NCBI GenBank assembly: GCA_031459765.1
Contig: JAVKHY010000001.1
Span: forward strand, 221,701 to 285,700
Direction of reading: 5' to 3'
Length of the DNA stretch: 64,000 bases
Source of the DNA: Candidatus Kaftiobacterium secundum
Lineage (GTDB): Bacteria; Sysuimicrobiota; Sysuimicrobiia; Sysuimicrobiales; Kaftiobacteriaceae
The notes below the pieces were generated by a model. The model was not told the origin of the DNA. It saw nothing but the letters and a program-made list of their open reading frames with translations, and did not search any database. A program made the translations under genes and the position numbers. Each line of letters starts with the position of its first letter. Within the stretch, counting starts at the first letter, position 1. Positions 59,439 through 64,000 of the stretch are shown here, in pieces.

Positions 59439-60785
59439 ATGGTCGTCGATACGACATCCGCATCGGGAGTCTGGCAGGAGGCGCTCCGCCGCATCGAGGG
59501 TCGGCTGACCAAGCCGAGTTTCGAGTCCTTCGTCAAGGCCATGGCCCCCGTATCCCTGCACGACGACACCTTCGTCTTCTCCGTCCCCAGCCGCCTGGCC
59601 AAAGAGTGGGTCGAAACGCGGTTCAGCGCCCTGATCCACGGAGCGCTGCGCGAAGTCCTGGCCCGCGCCGTCTCCATTCAGCTCGTCATCGCCGAGGACC
59701 ACCCCGCCGCACCGTCCTCTCCCCCCGCGCCGGTAGCGCCGCCGCGACTGTCGGAGACACCCCAGCTCAGCCCCAAATACACCTTCGATACCTTTGTCAT
59801 CGGCACAGGAAACCGCTTCGCCCACGCCGCGGCGATGGCGGTGGCCGAATCGCCCGCCCGTGCCTACAACCCGCTCTTCATCTACGGCGGCGTGGGCCTG
59901 GGCAAGACGCATCTGCTGCAGGCCATCGGGCACTACGTCATCCACCGCCTGGGGCTGCCGCGGGTTGCCTACATCAGCAGCGAGAAGTTCACCAACGAGT
60001 TGATCAACGCCATTCGGGATGACCGGACCCTGGAGTTCCGTACGCGGTATCGCAACGTGGACGTGTTGCTCATCGACGACATCCAGTTCCTGGCCGGCAA
60101 AGAGCGCACCCAGGAGGAGTTCTTTCACACCTTCAACACCCTCCACGAGGCCAGCCGGCAGATCATTATCACCAGCGATCGCCCGCCCAAAGAGATCCCC
60201 ACGCTCGAAGACCGGCTTCGTTCGCGCTTCGAGTGGGGCCTGATCGCCGACATCCAGCCGCCCGATCTGGAGACCCGCATCGCCATCCTCCGCAAGAAAG
60301 CCGAGCTGGACGGTATTGACGTCCCCGACCAGGTGGCCGAATTCATCGCCCAGCGCATCCGTTCCAACATCCGCGAGCTGGAGGGAGCCCTGGTCCGTGT
60401 CGTAGCCTACGCCAACCTCACGCGCCAGCCGATCACGATCGACCTGGCCACCGAGATCCTGAGAACGTTGCTCCCCGCGACCACCACGCGGGAGATCACC
60501 ATCCCCGTTCTGCAGAAGGCCGTGGCCGAGCACTTCGGCATTCGCGTCGAAGAGATGCGGGCCAAACGGCGAACCAAAGGGGTGGCCTTCCCCCGTCAGG
60601 TCGCCATGTACCTGGCGCGCGAACTCACCGACGCCTCGCTACCGCGCATCGGCCACGAGTTCGGCGGAAGGGACCACACCACGGTGATGCACGCCTGCGA
60701 ACGGGTCAAAGCCGCGCTGGCCCGAGATCCTCAGCTCGCGGCGCGGCTGGAAAAACTTGTGGACACCCTGCGTGCCGGCGAGTAA
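59439..60785 (+). CDS. dnaA: Chromosomal replication initiator DnaA
   Basis: [39 protein letters not shown]. Confidence 0.98.
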   Translation: MVVDTTSASGVWQEALRRIEGRLTKPSFESFVKAMAPVSLHDDTFVFSVPSRLAKEWVETRFSALIHGALREVLARAVSIQLVIAEDHPAAPSSPPAPVAPPRLSETPQLSPKYTFDTFVIGTGNRFAHAAAMAVAESPARAYNPLFIYGGVGLGKTHLLQAIGHYVIHRLGLPRVAYISSEKFTNELINAIRDDRTLEFRTRYRNVDVLLIDDIQFLAGKERTQEEFFHTFNTLHEASRQIIITSDRPPKEIPTLEDRLRSRFEWGLIADIQPPDLETRIAILRKKAELDGIDVPDQVAEFIAQRIRSNIRELEGALVRVVAYANLTRQPITIDLATEILRTLLPATTTREITIPVLQKAVAEHFGIRVEEMRAKRRTKGVAFPRQVAMYLARELTDASLPRIGHEFGGRDHTTVMHACERVKAALARDPQLAARLEKLVDTLRAGE

Positions 60786-60845
60786 CCCCGTCCGCCCCCA
60801 GGCCCGGCGTGGGTCCGTGGGCGCCGGTGCACGTCTATCCTCAGG

Positions 60846-60955
60846 CTATACACACCCAATACACCCTGCTATCGTTACCGTGAAACTGTCTCGACCACAG
60901 TATCCACAGGTCTATTAGTAGTGGGATGAAGTTCATTGTAATAAATCTTGGAGGA
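60846..60955. other. oriC: Probable oriC unwinding region (DnaA boxes, trio-like run, AT-rich tract)
   Basis: CTATACACA 60846, GTATCCACA 60900 followed by GGT-CTA TTA GTA; AT-rich tract; plus strand changes from C-rich to G-rich here. Confidence 0.75.
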
Positions 60956-60960
60956 TAGTC

Positions 60961-62070
60961 ATGTGGGTTGTGTGTACACAGACCGCGTTGGCTAAAGGGG
61001 TGCATCTGGCCAGTCGCGCTATTTCCAGCCGCACCACCATGCCTATTCTGGGCTATATCCTCCTGGAGACGCTGAAGAACGGTGTGCGGCTTACGGCCAC
61101 CGATCTGGAGCTGGCCGTACAGGTGGATATCGACGCCGAGGTGAAACGCGGCGGGCAGGTGACGCTCCCGGCGAAGATTCTGGCTGAGATCGTGGGAAAT
61201 CTCCCGGAAGCGACCGTGGAGCTGAAGCGGGAGGAAGGGTCTCACCAGGTAGAGATCACTTGTGAGGCCAGCGCCTTTGAAATTCTGGGGCTGCCCCCGG
61301 ACGATTTCCCGGCGCTGCCGAAGGGTGAGGGGGCGGAAGTCGGGGCGATCGACGCCGATCTGTTGCGCAAGATGGTGAGTCAGACGATTTTCGCCGTCTC
61401 GGCCGACGAGACGCGGCCTTTTCTCACAGGTGTGTACGTCACCATGGAGGGAGCCGAGGTGCGCTGCGTGGCTACGGACGGTGGGCGTCTGGCCCTGCGC
61501 AAGGCCGCTCTGGATTCTCCGGCCAAGCAGAAGCTGGGCGCCATCGTGCCGGCCAAGGCCATGCAGGAGCTGATGCGCGCCCTGGCCGGTGCCGCAGGAG
61601 AGGTTCGGGTGAGCATGGTGGACAACCAGCTGCTGTTTGCCGTACCGGGGTTGCGGATCTACTCCCGGTTGATTGGCGGCCAGTTTCCGAACTACCAGCA
61701 GGTGATTCCCCAGGAGTTCAAGCAGCGCATCCGGGTGCCCACGGAACGGCTGCTCCGCGCCGTCCGGCGGGTAGCGATTACCGCCCGGGACTCGGCCAAC
61801 GTGGTGCGGATTGCGGCCAGGGGGAACCGTCTGGTCATCACCTCCAATACGCCTGAGGTGGGCAAGGCCCGCGAAGAGGTGGAGGTGGCCAGCGAGGGCG
61901 ACACCGTGGAGGCGGCCTTTAACGCGCGGTACCTGATGGATTGTCTCAACACGATTGACGCCGACGAGCTCTATTTCGACCTCACCGGACAACTCAGTCC
62001 GGGTACCCTCCGGCCTACCGGGCACACCGATTACGTCTATGTTCTGGCGCCTGTCCGCGTCTACGGGTGA
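60961..62070 (+). CDS. dnaN: DNA polymerase III beta clamp
   Basis: ATDLE, RPFLTG, ATDG.RL, FPNYQQVIP, AFNARYL. Confidence 0.97.
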   Translation: MWVVCTQTALAKGVHLASRAISSRTTMPILGYILLETLKNGVRLTATDLELAVQVDIDAEVKRGGQVTLPAKILAEIVGNLPEATVELKREEGSHQVEITCEASAFEILGLPPDDFPALPKGEGAEVGAIDADLLRKMVSQTIFAVSADETRPFLTGVYVTMEGAEVRCVATDGGRLALRKAALDSPAKQKLGAIVPAKAMQELMRALAGAAGEVRVSMVDNQLLFAVPGLRIYSRLIGGQFPNYQQVIPQEFKQRIRVPTERLLRAVRRVAITARDSANVVRIAARGNRLVITSNTPEVGKAREEVEVASEGDTVEAAFNARYLMDCLNTIDADELYFDLTGQLSPGTLRPTGHTDYVYVLAPVRVYG

Positions 62071-62296
62071 GCGCGGAAAGGTCCGGCCGGTCGTCATCCG
62101 TTCCCCGACGATCGGCCTGGGCGCGCTGCTGAAGCTGGCGCAGCTGGCCCCTACGGGCGGGGCGGCGAAACGGATGATTCAGGGCGGGGGCGTCGCCGTC
62201 AACGGCGTCGTGGAACGTCGCCGGGGCCGCCAGGTCCGTCCGGGGGACGTCGTGAACGCCGGCGGGACGATCCTCAGGGTGGAACGCGGGGCGTGA
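62067..62296 (+). CDS. yaaA: S4-domain RNA-binding protein YaaA-like; no clean in-frame start (possible frameshift)
   Basis: IGLGALLKL...TGGAAK..I..G.V.VNG..E.RRGR; the GTG overlapping the dnaN stop is out of frame by one base. Confidence 0.7.
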
Positions 62297-63411
62297 CGAT
62301 GCGCCTCACGCACCTCCGTCTCGTGCAGTTCCGCAACCACCGGCATACGGACGTCGCGCCGGGACCGGGCCTCACACTCTTTGTGGGGGGCAATGCGCAG
62401 GGCAAGTCCGCGCTGCTCGAAGCCGTCCAGGTGGCGGCCACCGGGCGGTCGTTCCGGGCGCGTCAGGACCTGGAAATGATCGCCTTCGGCGGGGAGTGGG
62501 CCCGGGTGCGGGCGGGGGTCGAACGCGGCGGTCGGCTCGAGGAGATCGACATCGTGCTGCGCCGCGAAGACGGCGCCGGGGCGCCGCGCGTCACGCGTGA
62601 GCTACGTATCAACGGGGTGTCCGTACGCCGCGGGGAACTCTTCGGTCACCTGCGATGCGTGCTGGCCGCCCCGGACGACGCCGAGGTGGTCACCGGCCCG
62701 CCGCACCGCCGCCGGCAGGTGCTGGATCAACTCCTCGCCCAGATCAGTCCCGCCTATTATTACGTCGCCCTGCGCTACGGGCGGGTCCTCGCCCAGCGCA
62801 ACCGGCTGTTGCGCCTGCGGGGCCGGGGGCTGGAGGTGTGGGACGAGCAACTGGCCGCGCTGGGAGCGCGGCTCACGGTCCGCAGGCGCCAGTTGGTCGA
62901 CAGGCTGGCCCGCGTCGCGGCCCCGGTCTATGCGACGCTGTGCCAGGGACGGGAGCGGCTGGTTCTGGAGTACCGTCCGTCGCTGCGCGGTGAGGCGGAG
63001 GCGGCGTTGGTCGAGTGGGCGCGCGAGGCGTTGCTGCGTCGTCGCGCCGAGGAAGCGGCCGGAGGGGCCACCCTGGTCGGCCCCCATCGGGACGACCTGG
63101 CCCTGCTCCTGGACGGCCGCGACCTGCGCGCCTACGGATCACGCGGTCAGCAGTTGACCGCCATGTTGGCCCTGCGCCTTGCCGAACGATCGGTGCTGCT
63201 GGAGGAGACCGGCGAGGAACCCGTGCTCCTGCTGGACGACGTGTTCCTCACGCTCGATGCGTCCCGGCAGGCCTACCTGCTGGAGAGTGTGCGCGGAGTG
63301 CAGACGCTGATGACGGTCACCACCGCGCCGCAGGTCGACCTCCCGCCCGGCGCGCTGGTCTACCGGATTCGGGACGGGGCGGTGGAAGGCGAGCATGCTC
63401 ACCTCCCTTAG
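62293..63411 (+). CDS. recF: DNA replication/repair protein RecF
   Basis: QFRN, GGNAQGKS, GPHRDDL, GSRGQQ, LLLDDV. Confidence 0.95.
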   Translation: MTMRLTHLRLVQFRNHRHTDVAPGPGLTLFVGGNAQGKSALLEAVQVAATGRSFRARQDLEMIAFGGEWARVRAGVERGGRLEEIDIVLRREDGAGAPRVTRELRINGVSVRRGELFGHLRCVLAAPDDAEVVTGPPHRRRQVLDQLLAQISPAYYYVALRYGRVLAQRNRLLRLRGRGLEVWDEQLAALGARLTVRRRQLVDRLARVAAPVYATLCQGRERLVLEYRPSLRGEAEAALVEWAREALLRRRAEEAAGGATLVGPHRDDLALLLDGRDLRAYGSRGQQLTAMLALRLAERSVLLEETGEEPVLLLDDVFLTLDASRQAYLLESVRGVQTLMTVTTAPQVDLPPGALVYRIRDGAVEGEHAHLP

Positions 63412-63877
63412 GAGTATCCTGCGGCGGGCGGCCAGGACGCTGGGAGTAGAGCGGGCAGCCTATGCCGCGCTCATCGAGGAGATGTGGTCCGAGGTGGTCG
63501 GCCCGGAGGCGGCGGCGCACAGCCGGCCGGCGGGGCTGCGGGCGGGGGTGCTTGTGGCGGAAGCCGAGGGGCCGATGTGGACCCAGGACCTCTCGGCCCG
63601 GCGGGCGGGGATTGCCGCGGAACTGAACAGGCGTCTGGAGGGGGAGGTGGTTCGGGAGATCCGGTTTCGCCAGGTGGCGCCTCGGGCGGTGGAGGAAGTC
63701 CCGGCACGGCCCCGGCCGGCGGCGGAAGCGGCGGAGGAGCTCTCCCCCGACGAGATCGTCGCCGTGGAGCGGACCGCGGCGGAGATCGCCGATTCCGAGG
63801 TGCGTGAGGCCGTTCGGAAGGCGATGGTGAGCCAGCTCAGCTGGAGGAAGCGGCATGTACCTCCATCTGGGCGGTGA
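63395..63877 (+). CDS. dciA: DUF721/DciA family protein (helicase loader-like)
   Basis: W..VVG...AAHSRP....GVL.V; typical position after recF. Confidence 0.8.
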   Translation: MLTSLRSILRRAARTLGVERAAYAALIEEMWSEVVGPEAAAHSRPAGLRAGVLVAEAEGPMWTQDLSARRAGIAAELNRRLEGEVVREIRFRQVAPRAVEEVPARPRPAAEAAEELSPDEIVAVERTAAEIADSEVREAVRKAMVSQLSWRKRHVPPSGR

Positions 63878-64000
63878 AAGCGTCGTCGCCGTATTGGACG
63901 TCGTGGCCATCCTCGACATCCGCGTCCTTGAGGGGTCGGAGGTCAACCGGGAGTTCCTCGACAGGGCGGTGGCGGATCGGCGGCTCCGAGGCGACGGGCT
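63855..64000 (+). CDS. remB: DUF370/RemB(YaaB)-like protein, 3' truncated by window edge
   Basis: ATG 63855: MYLHLGGESVVAVLDVVAILD; position after recF as in Bacillus. Confidence 0.75.
   Translation, partial: MYLHLGGESVVAVLDVVAILDIRVLEGSEVNREFLDRAVADRRLRGDG

Noticed and set aside
60868-60886. CGTGAAAC half-site near oriC as parS
   Set aside because: Left half-site is misspaced; no 16-bp dyad

Overview
High-GC (~70%) bacterial chromosome segment spanning the replication origin. Gene content and order look Terrabacteria-like with many Firmicutes-type traits; an Armatimonadota/CSP1-3-like organism is my inference only. Left part (1-18 kb): accessory/metabolic genes (dppBC, Tat-DUF362, LLM oxidoreductase, chrA, CBS protein, class III aminotransferase, M28 membrane protein, MBL hydrolase, fabI, acyltransferase, glycosyltransferase, cupredoxin, GHL10, pepF, EamA). 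Middle: ychF-rpsF-ssb-rpsR-yybS-rplI-lonC-dnaB, with a P-loop intein in dnaB; a GAF/GGDEF sensor; the hspR-hsp20-dnaK-grpE-dnaJ-clpB operon; trxB/trxA; pit; a lexA operon; the gcv operon. Right: rpmH-rnpA-yidD-yidC-jag-rsmG-parA-parB and dnaA-oriC-dnaN-yaaA-recF-dciA-remB. Most notable signals: (1) an uncharacterised GHKL-ATPase/wHTH gene between the DnaA-box region and dnaA, apparently co-transcribed; (2) the intein-bearing dnaB has its own sigma70 promoter with a perfect LexA box in the spacer, preceded by a ~11-bp-phased DnaA-box-like array; (3) lexA is translationally coupled to a small single-pass membrane protein and a pseudo-RNase H; (4) a tandem HAIR-geometry operator of variant sequence at hspR; (5) a variant parS inside parB. 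No rRNA, tRNA, CRISPR array or transposase was recognised. All family assignments are from motif recognition, not database searches.
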